Source of the DNA: an uncultured Verrucomicrobiota bacterium
GTDB taxonomy: Bacteria; Verrucomicrobiota; Verrucomicrobiia; Limisphaerales; CAIMTB01
Assembly (NCBI GenBank): GCA_942490575.1
Contig: CALNYA010000048.1
Location: 28,179 to 92,178 of the forward strand
Reading direction: 5' to 3'
Length of the DNA stretch: 64,000 nt
Part shown: positions 1 to 9,140 of the stretch, piece after piece
Position numbering within the stretch: the first letter of the stretch is position 1
Layout of the letters: every line of letters starts with the position of its first letter
The notes under the pieces: generated by a model
Told to the model about the DNA's origin: nothing
Seen by the model: the letters and a program-made list of their open reading frames with translations, nothing else
The model's database searches: none
Program-made: the position numbers and the translations under genes

Positions 1-246
1 CTTCGCGCAGTCGCATTCGGTGTACTCGACCTGCCATTCGCCTTCCTCGTCTTGGAAATCGATCTCGACCTCGTGGCGGCTCCCGGGCCCGGAGCGCACC
101 GTGGCGATCAGCGCGTCGCAATCGGGCTGCCATTCCAGGGCGCCGACGGCGCCTCCCTGGGCCAGTGCTTTGGCCTTGCGAAGGGTCTGGGCCGGGAACA
201 GGTCCGTCCACCGGGACTCGGGGAAGGTGATGGGATTGGGACCCAT
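1..246 (-). CDS. SWIM zinc-finger-like protein, N-terminal fragment (continues past window start)
   Basis: Absent from the ORF track because it has no stop inside the window. My minus-strand translation from ATG 246 gives MGPNPITFPESRWTDLFPAQTLRKAKALAQGGAVGALEWQPDCDALIATVRSGPGSRHEVEIDFQDEEGEWQVEYTECDCAK and is open to base 1. It ends in the CxC that begins SWIM (CxCxnCxH) fingers. It starts 23 nt downstream of the ACT-domain gene on the same strand. Confidence 0.45.
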   Translation of the reverse strand, partial: MGPNPITFPESRWTDLFPAQTLRKAKALAQGGAVGALEWQPDCDALIATVRSGPGSRHEVEIDFQDEEGEWQVEYTECDCAK

Positions 247-269
247 GGGAATCGGCTGGGCGAGGGTGG

Positions 270-806
270 CTACGGCGCGTCCGTGACGGGGACGAGCGAG
301 ATGTCGACGAGGAGATCGGCCGCGATTCCTTCGAGGGTCGTCCGAAGTTGGGCGATGTCGGAGGAGGGCGGCAGGGCGAGTCGGGCTTTCGCCTTGAAGA
401 GGGATTCACCCGACATGGGGGCGCTGACGCATTCGGTGACCAGATCCTCCACATTGGCGCCGTGGGCGGCGAGCGCCGTGGCGATCTGCTGGACGATTCC
501 CGGGCGGTCCTGTCCGACGAGTTCGAGGTGGACCAAGGGCGACGAAGCGGGGACACCTTCCGGCGGTTCGTCGCGGCGTGCGAGGACGGTGAGGCCGGCG
601 GATTCGAGGAGGCCCAGGTCCGCCAGAAGCGCGGACTCCCGATCGGCGGGGACGGTCAGGCGCAGGATGCCGGCGAATTCACCGCCCAGGCGGCTCATCC
701 GGCTTTCGAGCCAGTTCCCGCCGTGCCGGGCGACGAGCGAGGCGAGGCGTTCGACCAATCCCGGTCGATCTCGGCCGATGAGGGTCAGGACAATGGCGGC
801 GTGCAC
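270..806 (-). CDS. gcvR: Tandem ACT-domain protein, GcvR-like (glycine cleavage system regulator family)
   Basis: 178 aa with two ACT-like modules, each opening with the hallmark motif (IVLTLIGRDRPGLVERLA and HLELVGQDRPGIVQQIA). Size and architecture match GcvR-type proteins. The function is assigned from family resemblance only. Confidence 0.6.
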   Translation of the reverse strand: MHAAIVLTLIGRDRPGLVERLASLVARHGGNWLESRMSRLGGEFAGILRLTVPADRESALLADLGLLESAGLTVLARRDEPPEGVPASSPLVHLELVGQDRPGIVQQIATALAAHGANVEDLVTECVSAPMSGESLFKAKARLALPPSSDIAQLRTTLEGIAADLLVDISLVPVTDAP

Positions 807-911
807 GGGATGACTCGTTAGCGGAAGGATGAAGCCGCGTAAAGGCGTGTGTGGATCGCGAAGGAGAAATCCGGTGGCGCCTGGAACGGGCCGGCCTAGA
901 CTGCCGGCACG

Positions 912-1823
912 ATGACGACATTGGAAGCGCCGGAGCGGGCGCGCCCGAGACTGCCGGAGTGGCTGCGTTTGCCCCTGCCCACGACGGCCGGGTATTCAAA
1001 GACGCGGAATCTCCTGCTGGATCTGAAGTTGCACACGGTGTGCGAGAGCGCCAAGTGCCCCAACCATTGGGAGTGCTGGAGCCGCGGGACGGCGACCTTC
1101 ATGATCGCGGGCGATCGTTGCACGCGGGCCTGCGGTTTCTGCGCGGTGAGCACGGCGAAACCCCTCGCGCTCGAGGAGGACGAACCCGCGCGGGTGGCCG
1201 AGGCGTCCGCTCGCATGGGGCTGAAACACGTGGTGATCACGGCGGTGGCCCGCGATGATCTGGCGGATGGGGGTGCGGGCCATTTCCGAAGGACGATCGA
1301 AGCCGTCCGGGCCCGGAATCCCGGGGTCGTGGTCGAGGTCCTGGTCCCTGATTTTCAGGACAAGGACGACGCGATCGACACCGTTTTGTCGGCGGAACCG
1401 GACATCTTCAACCACAACCTCGAGACCGTGCGCCGGTTGACGCCGTCGGTGCGCCATCGGGCGACCTACGACCGCTCGCTGGCCGTGCTCGGCAAAGTGA
1501 AGGAGAAACGGGGGGCCGCGATGCACACGAAATCGGGGATGATGCTGGGGTTGGGCGAGACGACCGACGAGGTTTTGGAGGCGATGCGGGACCTGCGGTC
1601 CTCGCGGTGCGACATCCTGACGTTGGGGCAGTACTTGCAGCCGACGCTGAAGCACTTGCCGGTGGTGGAGTTCGTGCCCCCGGCGCGCTTCGCGTGGTTC
1701 GGCGAACAGGCGGAGGCGATGGGTTTCGTCCATGTGGCCAGCGGACCGTTGGTGCGGAGTTCCTACCATGCGGACGAGTTCCAGGCCGACGCCGGTGTCC
1801 GACGGGAAAAGCCTTCATGCTGA
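912..1823 (+). CDS. lipA: Lipoyl synthase
   Basis: 303 aa. Carries the radical-SAM CxxxCxxC motif (CTRACGFC) and the N-terminal auxiliary-cluster motif CESAKCPNHWEC typical of LipA. Full length with an ATG start. Confidence 0.95.
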   Translation: MTTLEAPERARPRLPEWLRLPLPTTAGYSKTRNLLLDLKLHTVCESAKCPNHWECWSRGTATFMIAGDRCTRACGFCAVSTAKPLALEEDEPARVAEASARMGLKHVVITAVARDDLADGGAGHFRRTIEAVRARNPGVVVEVLVPDFQDKDDAIDTVLSAEPDIFNHNLETVRRLTPSVRHRATYDRSLAVLGKVKEKRGAAMHTKSGMMLGLGETTDEVLEAMRDLRSSRCDILTLGQYLQPTLKHLPVVEFVPPARFAWFGEQAEAMGFVHVASGPLVRSSYHADEFQADAGVRREKPSC

Positions 1824-3571
1824 CGCAGCTCGAGATTCGGGGATTCAAGGGGCTCGACGACGTCATCATCCCGCTGGGCGAGATGGTGGTCTTCGTCGGG
1901 CCCAACAACTCCGGCAAAACGACCGCGTTGCAGGCCTTGTCGCTTTGGGATCTGGGGTTCAGGAAGTGGGTCGAGAAGCGAAGGGACAGCCAGGCCCGGG
2001 AGCGCACTGGGGTGACTTTGAATCGGAGGGACCTTGTCGCCATCCCGGTGCCCGGAGCACGATTCCTCTGGCGAGACCTCCGGATACGGGAGTCGGAGCG
2101 CGAGAACGGCCGATCCAAGACCCACAATGTCGTTTTTGAAGTGCGGGTGGAGGGTGTCACGGATGGCGAAGCGTGGAGCGTTGGCATGGAGTTCGATTTC
2201 GCCAACGACGAGTCGTTCTATTGCCGGTCGAAGGACTGGCCTGAAGAGCGGGCTGCGCGGGATCGATTGATCGCGCTGGCGACGCGGTCGAGGGTGGCCT
2301 ATCTCCCGCCGATGTCCGGATTGGCGGCGCAAGAGTTCAGGAAAGAGGCCGGCGAAATCGGTGTTCTGATCGGGGAAGGGCGGACCGCGGAAGTATTGCG
2401 GAACCTCTGCCACCGTCTCCATAGCCGGGACGAGGCGGGAGGTTGGACCGCGCTTTGCAGCCACGTGGAGAGGCTGTTCCGGGTCCGGTTGCTGGCCCCC
2501 GAGTACCTCACTGAACGCAGCGAGATTCAGTTGCGGTACCAGCAAGGTGGGAACGATCTGGATTTGTCCTGTGCCGGGCGTGGTTTCCAGCAAACGCTCT
2601 TGCTCCTCGCATTTCTTTACGAAAACCCGAAGAGCGTCTTTCTCCTGGATGAACCCGATGCCCATCTGGAAGTGGTCCGGCAGCGTGAGATCTACTCTTT
2701 ACTCACGGAGGTCGCCGCGTCCCAGGGCAGCCAGATCATCGCGGCTTCGCATTCGGAAATCGTGTTGAACGAGGCCGCCGAGCGGGACGTTGTCGTTGTG
2801 TTCGTGGGCAAGCCGCACCGGATTGACTGCCGTCAACGCGGCCAAGTGGCGAAGGCCCTGCGCAGCATTCCTTTCGACCTGTACTATCTCGCCCAGCGAT
2901 ACGGATGGATCCTGTTTCTCGAAGGCGCGACCGATCTCGCCATCCTTCGATCGCTCGCGCGACAACTGCTTCCCGATCGCGCGAGTGGTTTCGATGAACT
3001 ACCGGTTCACTATGTGAAGAACAACATTCCAAACCTCGCCCGCGACGTTTTCCATGGACTGAAGGAGGCGGAGCCGGAGTTGCTGGGGCTGGCCCTTTTC
3101 GATAGGTTGCCGCACGTCCCGGAGGCGAGCCATGGGCTCGCCATTACGTCATGGAAACGGCGGGAGATAGAGAACTACATTGTGACGCGGGGAACTTTGG
3201 AGCGGTTCGCTCGTCACGATGTGCCGGATGATCTGTTCGGCCGCGCTGAAGCGGATCGGCGTGTGGCGGTGATGCGGGAGAGCGTCCTCGATATCGAGGG
3301 GGCGCTGGACAAACTGAACAAGCCGTCCCCTTGGTCGGCGGATATCAAGGTGACCGACGATTTCCTGAATCCCCTGTTCACGGCGTTTTACAAGCGGCTC
3401 GGATTTCCGCAATTGGCCTTCAAGCGCGACTACCATGTGCTGGCCGACCTATTGGATCCGACCGATCTCGCGCAGGATGATTTGGAAGAGATCCGTGGCG
3501 TCCTCCTTGAGATCGCCGCTCGGTCTGCCCTCAGTACGCATCGGCGACACATCGAACCGCCTCTCGCGTAG
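1818..3571 (+). CDS. ABC-type (AAA_15/21-like) ATPase fused to a DUF4435/TOPRIM-like C-terminal domain (PARIS-merged / OLD-like architecture)
   Basis: The ORF track gives 1607..3571, but the conserved N-terminus starts at ATG 1818 (MLTQLEIRGFKGL), overlapping the lipA stop (ATGCTGA). ATPase motifs are Walker A GPNNSGKT, signature-like LSCAGRGFQQ, Walker B VFLLDEPDAHLE and H-loop ASHSE. The C-terminal third carries ILFLEGATDLAIL and WKRREIENYI, resembling DUF4435-type TOPRIM motifs. About 584 aa. Confidence 0.8.
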
Positions 3572-3631
3572 TCGAGGACGTCAGTCCGCGCCTTCTCCGG
3601 GTGGGGATTCAGCGCCGGCTGACGTCGGCGG

Positions 3632-4795
3632 CTACGGTCCGGGCAGGGGGGCGCCCACCCGCCGCAGATCGACGACGCACTCGACGTGCTGGGTCTGGGG
3701 GAACATGTCGAGGGGCGTGACGCGCTCGACGCGGTAGACGTCGTCCGCGCAGATCGCCTTCAGATCGCGGGCGAGCGTCGCCGGGTGGCAGGAGATGTAG
3801 AGGATCTGGGAGGGCCGCGTTTCGCGGAGGGCTTGGATGAACGGCGGCGCGCAGCCGACCCGCGGCGGGTCCGTGATGACCAGGGTATGGTCGGCGGGAA
3901 ATTTCTGAAGGAGGGCCGGCATCCATTGCTCCGCCGCGCCCGCCACGAATTCGCCGTTGGTGACTCCGCGTTGTTCCAGGTTGAGCCGCGCGGCCTTGAT
4001 GGCGGTCTTGTCGATTTCGACCCCGGCGAAGCGCTCGACGAGCGACGCGCATTCGAGGCCGAAGAATCCAATGCCGCAGTAGGCGTCGATGAGGAACCGC
4101 GCGCCGCTGGCGCGGACCGCCGTCCGGACCGCTTCGACGAGGGCGGGCAGGAGATGGAAATTGTTCTGGAAGAAGGAATCCTGGGGAAGCTGCCAGGCGT
4201 CGGGAGCGACGCGGAGCGTGACCTTGATGCCGCCTTTCGGCGGTGGGTTGGCGCGAACCGCGAGGAGTTGCTCGTTCAGGGCGGGTTCGGCGATGGGGCA
4301 GTGGTCGACGTCGACGACGAGGCGGTTGTCGTGCCGGATGAATCCCAGGATCAGTTTCTGGGTGAATTTGTCCCACTGCGTGCGAACCATGATGCGGTTG
4401 CGGTACGCGTAGGGTGACGGGCAGGGGACCACGGGATCGACGCGGAGTTCGGTGAACCCGCCGAGGCGCCGGAGGAGGTTGAGAATCTGGTCGTGCTTGA
4501 TCCGAAGCTGTGCCGGGTAGGCGACGTGCTGGTACTGGCAGCCGCCGCAGTCGCCGAAGTGCTTGCAGACGGGCTGGGAACGCTCGGGGGACGGCTGGAG
4601 GATCTCGACGATCCTTGCGCGGGCGTAGTTCTTCTTCACCTCGGTGAGTTCCACGAGGAGTTGCTCACCCGGGATGGCGAACGGGGTGAAGATGACGAAG
4701 TCGTCGACGCGCCCGACGGCGTCACCGCCGTAGGCGATGGAATCGACGGTGAGCCGGAGTCGGTGACCGACGGGGTGGGGCGCTTCTCCCTTCAT
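3632..4795 (-). CDS. rlmD: TRAM-domain 23S rRNA (uracil-C5)-methyltransferase, RlmD/RumA family
   Basis: Has a TRAM-like N-terminus, the Fe-S cysteine cluster CKHFGDCGGCQYQH, and a SAM methyltransferase core (FLIDAYCGIGFFG, VITDPPRVGC, ISCHPATLARD). The ORF track extends to 4888. I prefer ATG 4795 (MKGEAPHPVG) because the 31-aa extension is non-conserved and AT-richer. Confidence 0.8.
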   Translation of the reverse strand: MKGEAPHPVGHRLRLTVDSIAYGGDAVGRVDDFVIFTPFAIPGEQLLVELTEVKKNYARARIVEILQPSPERSQPVCKHFGDCGGCQYQHVAYPAQLRIKHDQILNLLRRLGGFTELRVDPVVPCPSPYAYRNRIMVRTQWDKFTQKLILGFIRHDNRLVVDVDHCPIAEPALNEQLLAVRANPPPKGGIKVTLRVAPDAWQLPQDSFFQNNFHLLPALVEAVRTAVRASGARFLIDAYCGIGFFGLECASLVERFAGVEIDKTAIKAARLNLEQRGVTNGEFVAGAAEQWMPALLQKFPADHTLVITDPPRVGCAPPFIQALRETRPSQILYISCHPATLARDLKAICADDVYRVERVTPLDMFPQTQHVECVVDLRRVGAPLPGP

Positions 4796-5024
4796 GGGCC
4801 GGGGTGCGGGAGTAAAACCGGAAAAGACGGACGCCCCAAGGAAAACCGAAATAAGGATCGAATAGGGGTCAGTTCTCATAATCGACAATGGCTCACGCCT
4901 GGATCACCCCACCGACGACACCCGTTCGGACGCTGGGCAAATTAACACAATACTTTGGTCTGACCCCTTTCTTGACCCCCTTTCTGACGGTTGCCGCGCG
5001 CGGGGTGGTTGCTACGGTGGTCCC

Positions 5025-6098
5025 GTGATTCGGAACGTGATTTTCGATTGGTCGGGGACGCTGGTGGACGACCTGCCGGCGGTCCTGGAGGCGACCAACC
5101 ACGCCTTGAGGCAGGCGGGGTGCGAGCCGCTGACCCGTGAACGGTTCCGCGCGGAGTTCAAGCTTCCCTTCACGGGCTTCTACGAGCGCCACACGCCGCA
5201 CGTCCCGATGGAGCAGTTGGAGGCCTGGTTCCACGGACGGTTCCGCGAGGTCCAGGATTCGGTGGAGGAACTTCCGCACGCGCGGCGGTTTCTGGAATTC
5301 TGCCGGGCTTCCGGCCTTCGGACGCTGCTCCTGAGCACGACGCATCCGGACCATTTCGTGGTGCAGACCCGGGTGAACCGGTTGGATGAGTTCCTGGAAC
5401 ACCGTTACCTGGGGATCCTCGACAAGCGCGCGAAGATCCATGAGATCCTGGCGACCCACGGACTGGCCCCCGACGAGACGGTGTTCATCGGCGACATGGA
5501 GCACGACGTCGAAACGGCGAAAGCCGGCGGGATTCACAGCGTGGGGGTGTTGACCGGTTACAACCGCCTCGAACAGCTGCGGAACGCGGGTCCGGACCTG
5601 ATCGTGGAGCATCTCGGGGAGTTGGGGGACGTGCTCAGGCGAAACGGGATGCGGTTGAAACCGGGTTCCGGGGACCTGGGGCGGTTTCCGGTCCTGACCG
5701 TCGGGGCCGTGATCTTCAACACGGCGGGTGAGGTGCTGATGATCCGGACCCACAAATGGTCCGGTCTTTGGGGGATCCCGGGCGGCAAGGTGAAATGGGG
5801 CGAAACCAGCGAGGACGCGCTTCGGCGGGAGTTGTCGGAGGAGACCGGCTTGCGGGTCGATGAAGTCGAGTTCGTCCTGGCGCAGGACTGCCTTCATTCG
5901 AAGGAATTCTATCGGGACGAGCATTTCGTGCTGCTGAACTACCAATGCCGGGCGGCATCGCCGGGTCCGGTCGTCCTGAACGAGGAAGCGGAGGAGTTCC
6001 GGTGGGTTTCCGTCGGGGACGCCTTGGCTCTGCCCCTGAACCGTCCGACGCGCGTCCTCCTGGAGGCGATCCGGTCGGGGGGAAGGCGGGCGGCGTGA
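5025..6098 (+). CDS. HAD-superfamily phosphatase fused to a Nudix hydrolase
   Basis: 357 aa. HAD motifs are I FDWSGTLVDD (D-x-S variant), II LLLST, III DKRAK and IV GDMEHD. The C-terminal Nudix box is GGKVKWGETSEDALRRELSEETGL. The TGA stop overlaps the folB GTG start. Confidence 0.85.
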   Translation: MIRNVIFDWSGTLVDDLPAVLEATNHALRQAGCEPLTRERFRAEFKLPFTGFYERHTPHVPMEQLEAWFHGRFREVQDSVEELPHARRFLEFCRASGLRTLLLSTTHPDHFVVQTRVNRLDEFLEHRYLGILDKRAKIHEILATHGLAPDETVFIGDMEHDVETAKAGGIHSVGVLTGYNRLEQLRNAGPDLIVEHLGELGDVLRRNGMRLKPGSGDLGRFPVLTVGAVIFNTAGEVLMIRTHKWSGLWGIPGGKVKWGETSEDALRRELSEETGLRVDEVEFVLAQDCLHSKEFYRDEHFVLLNYQCRAASPGPVVLNEEAEEFRWVSVGDALALPLNRPTRVLLEAIRSGGRRAA

Positions 6099-6457
6099 GG
6101 ATCCCTCCGGACGGTGATGTCATCCGGTTGGAGGATCTGGAGGTCCACTACCGCGTGGGCGTCCCCGAGGAGGAGCGATCGAAGCCGCAACGACTCCTTT
6201 TGACGGTGGCGATGTACCGGGACGTGGGGGCCGCGGCGGCTTCGGACGACCTGACGAAGACGATCGACTACGCCGCGGTCGCGAGTCGCCTGCTGGGGCT
6301 GGGCGAAGGACGGGAGTGGCGGCTGATCGAGGCGTTGGCGGTCGAGATCGCGGACCTGGTGCTCCGTGAATTTGGCGCGACGAAGGTTGGCGTGGAGGTG
6401 AAGAAGTTCATCCTCCCGGAGGCTCGCCACGTGAGCGTCCGGGTGGAGCGAGGCTAG
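6095..6457 (+). CDS. folB: Dihydroneopterin aldolase
   Basis: The C-terminal 120 aa of ORF 5945..6457 read VRIPPDGDVIRLEDLEVHYRVGVPEEERSKPQRLLL...DYAAV...LIEALA, a FolB-like pattern. GTG at 6095 forms a GTGA overlap with the upstream stop at 6096-6098. The start choice is an inference. Confidence 0.75.
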   Translation: MRIPPDGDVIRLEDLEVHYRVGVPEEERSKPQRLLLTVAMYRDVGAAAASDDLTKTIDYAAVASRLLGLGEGREWRLIEALAVEIADLVLREFGATKVGVEVKKFILPEARHVSVRVERG

Positions 6458-6468
6458 CCGGCGGGGAG

Positions 6469-8352
6469 CTAGGGTTCGACCAGGGTCACGCGCGCGTTGG
6501 ACGGGGTCCCTTCGAGGGTTTGTTCGTCGCCGTTGGGCCAGCGGATCCGGACCGTGTCGATTTTCGAGGCCTTGCCGAGCCCGAAGGTGACCGGAAGTTC
6601 GGATTGGGAGAGATAGCTCCGGGTGGGCATGACTTGGCGGGATTGGGTGATGCCTCCGGCGGTGAGGTGGATCCAAGCCCCGATCGCGTCCCGATTCGAG
6701 GCGTTGCCGCGGAGTTGGATCCGGACCCAGGCATGGCCGGTGGCCTGGTCGTTTCGAAGCAGGAGAGGGGATCCGTGGGCCTGAATCAGGAGGACATCGA
6801 GGTCGCCGTCCCCGTCGATGTCCGCCATCGCGGAGCCGCGGCCGACGATGGGCTTGAAGAGATCCGGGCCGGCGCTGTCGGCATTGACTTCGAGAAACCC
6901 GCCGCCCCGCGGCGTGGCGCCGGCGTTCCAGAACAATTGGGCCGGTTGGCGGTAGTGCTGGCTCCGCTGGATTTTCGAGATCTCCTCCTCGAGGTGGCCG
7001 TTCGCGGTGAGGATGTCGGGCCATCCGTCGAGGTCGTAGTCGAGGAAGAGGACGCCGAATTTCAGCGGAAGCCGACTGGCGGGTCCGATGCCCTCGGCGA
7101 TGGCTTCGTCGGCGAAGAGGCCGGCCCGACCCTGGGTGACGTAGAGCGCGGTCATTTCGTTGGCGAAATTGCCGATGGCCACCGCGATCGCGTCGTCGTT
7201 CCGGTGGCGGGCGATGTCGATTCCCATGGCGCCACGGGCGTTGCCCATGGTGTCGAACGCCAGGCCGAGCACGTCGCCCGATTCCCCGAAGGTCCCGTCG
7301 CGCCGGTTGGTGAAGACGAGGTTCTGGACGGTGTCGTTGGCGACAACCAGGTCGATCCAGCCGTCCCCGTCGAGATCGGCCGGCGCGACGCCGAGGGATT
7401 TCGCGGCGGGCACACCCGTGGACTGATTGCGGATCCGCACGCCGGATTCGGCGGAGATGTCGGTGAATCGGCCGTCGCCGTCGTTGCGATACAGGTACGG
7501 GAAGGAACCCTGGAAACTCATGGGCGGTCCGTAGGCGCGATTCTTGCCGTCGAGGGTGTAGCCGACTTGGAAATCGATCTCGCGCGACCAGCGGACGTAG
7601 TTCGCGACGAACAGGTCGAGGTCGCCGTCTCGGTCGATGTCGACGAACGCGGCGCTGGTGCTCCACTGATCGGGCGCGCCCGCCACGCCCGCGGCGGCCG
7701 TGATGTCCTGGAACTTGCCGCCGCCGAGGTTTCGGAAGAGTTGGTTCGCGCCCACGTTCGCGAGGAACAGATCGACCAGTCCGTCGTTGTCAAAGTCGCC
7801 GCAGGCCACACCCATGCCCTGGGAACCGACGTCGAGGCCGGATCCCAGGGTGCGTTCCTTGAAATGACCCGAGCCGTCGTTTTCGTAAAGCGCGTGGGTT
7901 TTCGGGGGTGCGGGTGGGGATTTCGCCCAGGACCAGGCGGAGCCGTTGATCAGAAAAACATCGGGATCGCCGTCGGCGTCGAAGTCGAAGAAGGCGCCGC
8001 CGCCGCCCATGGTTTCCGGGAGGAGTTTCTCGCCTTCCGCGCCATTGAAGCGATCGAACACAAGACCGGAGGCGGCGGTGACGTCGGTGAAACGAACGCC
8101 GGGGGGCCTGATGTCTCCGTGGGACGGCGCGACGGGAGAGGCGAGCGGCGTGATCTGGGTGGGGCCGGGGGCGGGTTGGCGATTGTACCAGAGCCCGAAG
8201 GCGACACCGGCGGTGGCGAGGAGCCCGAGGATGGCGACGGACCAGCGGGTGGCGCGGCCGATGACCGCATCGTCCTGATGGCCCAATTCGCCGGAGCTCT
8301 CGGACTGCTTGGAAGGGGTGGGTCGCGCTTCGCGTGGGTCGTCGGGGTTCAT
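6469..8352 (-). CDS. FG-GAP/VCBS repeat protein with ASPIC/UnbV C-terminal domain (CRTAC1 family)
   Basis: 627 aa with an N-terminal TM anchor. Repeated FG-GAP Ca-binding loops are present (GDFDNDGLVDLFLAN, VDIDRDGDLDLFVAN, ADLDGDGWIDLVVAN, LDYDLDGWPDILTAN, ADIDGDGDLDVLLI). The C-terminus is UnbV-like (RSYLSQSELPVTFGLG). Confidence 0.85.
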   Translation of the reverse strand: MNPDDPREARPTPSKQSESSGELGHQDDAVIGRATRWSVAILGLLATAGVAFGLWYNRQPAPGPTQITPLASPVAPSHGDIRPPGVRFTDVTAASGLVFDRFNGAEGEKLLPETMGGGGAFFDFDADGDPDVFLINGSAWSWAKSPPAPPKTHALYENDGSGHFKERTLGSGLDVGSQGMGVACGDFDNDGLVDLFLANVGANQLFRNLGGGKFQDITAAAGVAGAPDQWSTSAAFVDIDRDGDLDLFVANYVRWSREIDFQVGYTLDGKNRAYGPPMSFQGSFPYLYRNDGDGRFTDISAESGVRIRNQSTGVPAAKSLGVAPADLDGDGWIDLVVANDTVQNLVFTNRRDGTFGESGDVLGLAFDTMGNARGAMGIDIARHRNDDAIAVAIGNFANEMTALYVTQGRAGLFADEAIAEGIGPASRLPLKFGVLFLDYDLDGWPDILTANGHLEEEISKIQRSQHYRQPAQLFWNAGATPRGGGFLEVNADSAGPDLFKPIVGRGSAMADIDGDGDLDVLLIQAHGSPLLLRNDQATGHAWVRIQLRGNASNRDAIGAWIHLTAGGITQSRQVMPTRSYLSQSELPVTFGLGKASKIDTVRIRWPNGDEQTLEGTPSNARVTLVEP

Positions 8353-8450
8353 GGACGGAGCCTAGGTTGGGGCAATCGTGGGCGCTCTTCCAGTCGGCAG
8401 CGCGGGGATCAGGGTTGAAGGCTTGCGCTGGGACGGGAGACAGTCCTGGC

Positions 8451-9140
8451 ATGTTCAGCGGCATCGTGGAAGAGGCCGGTCGGATCGCTTCGGTGGAACG
8501 GACGCAATCCGGAATCGCGATGGCCGTGCACGCGCGCAAAGTAGGCGCCGGTGCGCGGGTGGGCGACAGCATTGCCGTGAACGGGTGTTGTCTCACTCTC
8601 GTGCGGTCGGGTCGGGCCGCGTCGGGCGGCGGTCGGACGCTGCACTTCGATCTTCTTGAGGAGACGTGGAAGAAGACCAGTTTCGCCGATCTGAAGGCGG
8701 GTGCGCTGGTCAACCTGGAGCGGTCGCTGCGGATGAGCGACCGGTTGGGGGGGCATTTCGTCACCGGCCATGTGGATGGCACGGGAAAGATCGTCCGTTG
8801 GGAGCGGTCGGGCGCGGACTGGGTCTTGGACGTGCGCCCGCCGGCCTCGATGATGCGTTACTTCCTCGACAAGGGTTCGGTGGCGATCGATGGCATCAGC
8901 CTGACGGTCGCCGAGGTTCGGCGGGAGGTTGAGATCCGGGCCTGGATCATCCCGCACACCCGGGCGGTGACCAACCTGGGGGAGCGGGTGGTCGGCGACC
9001 GGGTGAATCTGGAGGCGGACCTGCTCGGAAAATACGTGGAACGTCTTATTACTGCAGGTCGGGATTCCGGGGGAGCGTCCCGGCGGCTTCCTTCGAATAA
9101 GGCTCGATCACGCGGACGCGCATCGCGGGGATCTCAATGA
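8451..9140 (+). CDS. ribE: Riboflavin synthase (alpha chain)
   Basis: MFSGIVEEAGRI...GDSIAVNGCCLTLV and the second lumazine-binding repeat GSVAIDGISLTV are diagnostic. ATG 8451 was chosen inside track ORF 8334..9140. The 3' tail overlaps the convergent lipoprotein gene by 92 nt. Confidence 0.85.
   Translation: MFSGIVEEAGRIASVERTQSGIAMAVHARKVGAGARVGDSIAVNGCCLTLVRSGRAASGGGRTLHFDLLEETWKKTSFADLKAGALVNLERSLRMSDRLGGHFVTGHVDGTGKIVRWERSGADWVLDVRPPASMMRYFLDKGSVAIDGISLTVAEVRREVEIRAWIIPHTRAVTNLGERVVGDRVNLEADLLGKYVERLITAGRDSGGASRRLPSNKARSRGRASRGSQ

Noticed and set aside
1607-1817. Upstream extension of the ATPase ORF overlapping the lipA 3' end
   Set aside because: The extension is Gly/Arg/Ala-rich and lies in an alternative frame of lipA. 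The conserved ATPase N-terminus (MLTQLEIRGFKGL...GPNNSGKT) begins at ATG 1818.
8353-8450. Possible FMN riboswitch upstream of ribE
   Set aside because: Only 98 nt separate the divergent starts, which is too short for an FMN aptamer plus expression platform. No conserved FMN-element segments are visible.
9049-9140. 92-nt convergent overlap of the ribE tail with the DUF903 lipoprotein gene as a sign of a frameshift or mis-assembly
   Set aside because: Both ORFs are individually coherent. The ribE tail after ...KYVERLI is simply a non-conserved extension to the next stop. I see no evidence of an indel, and it has little biological weight.
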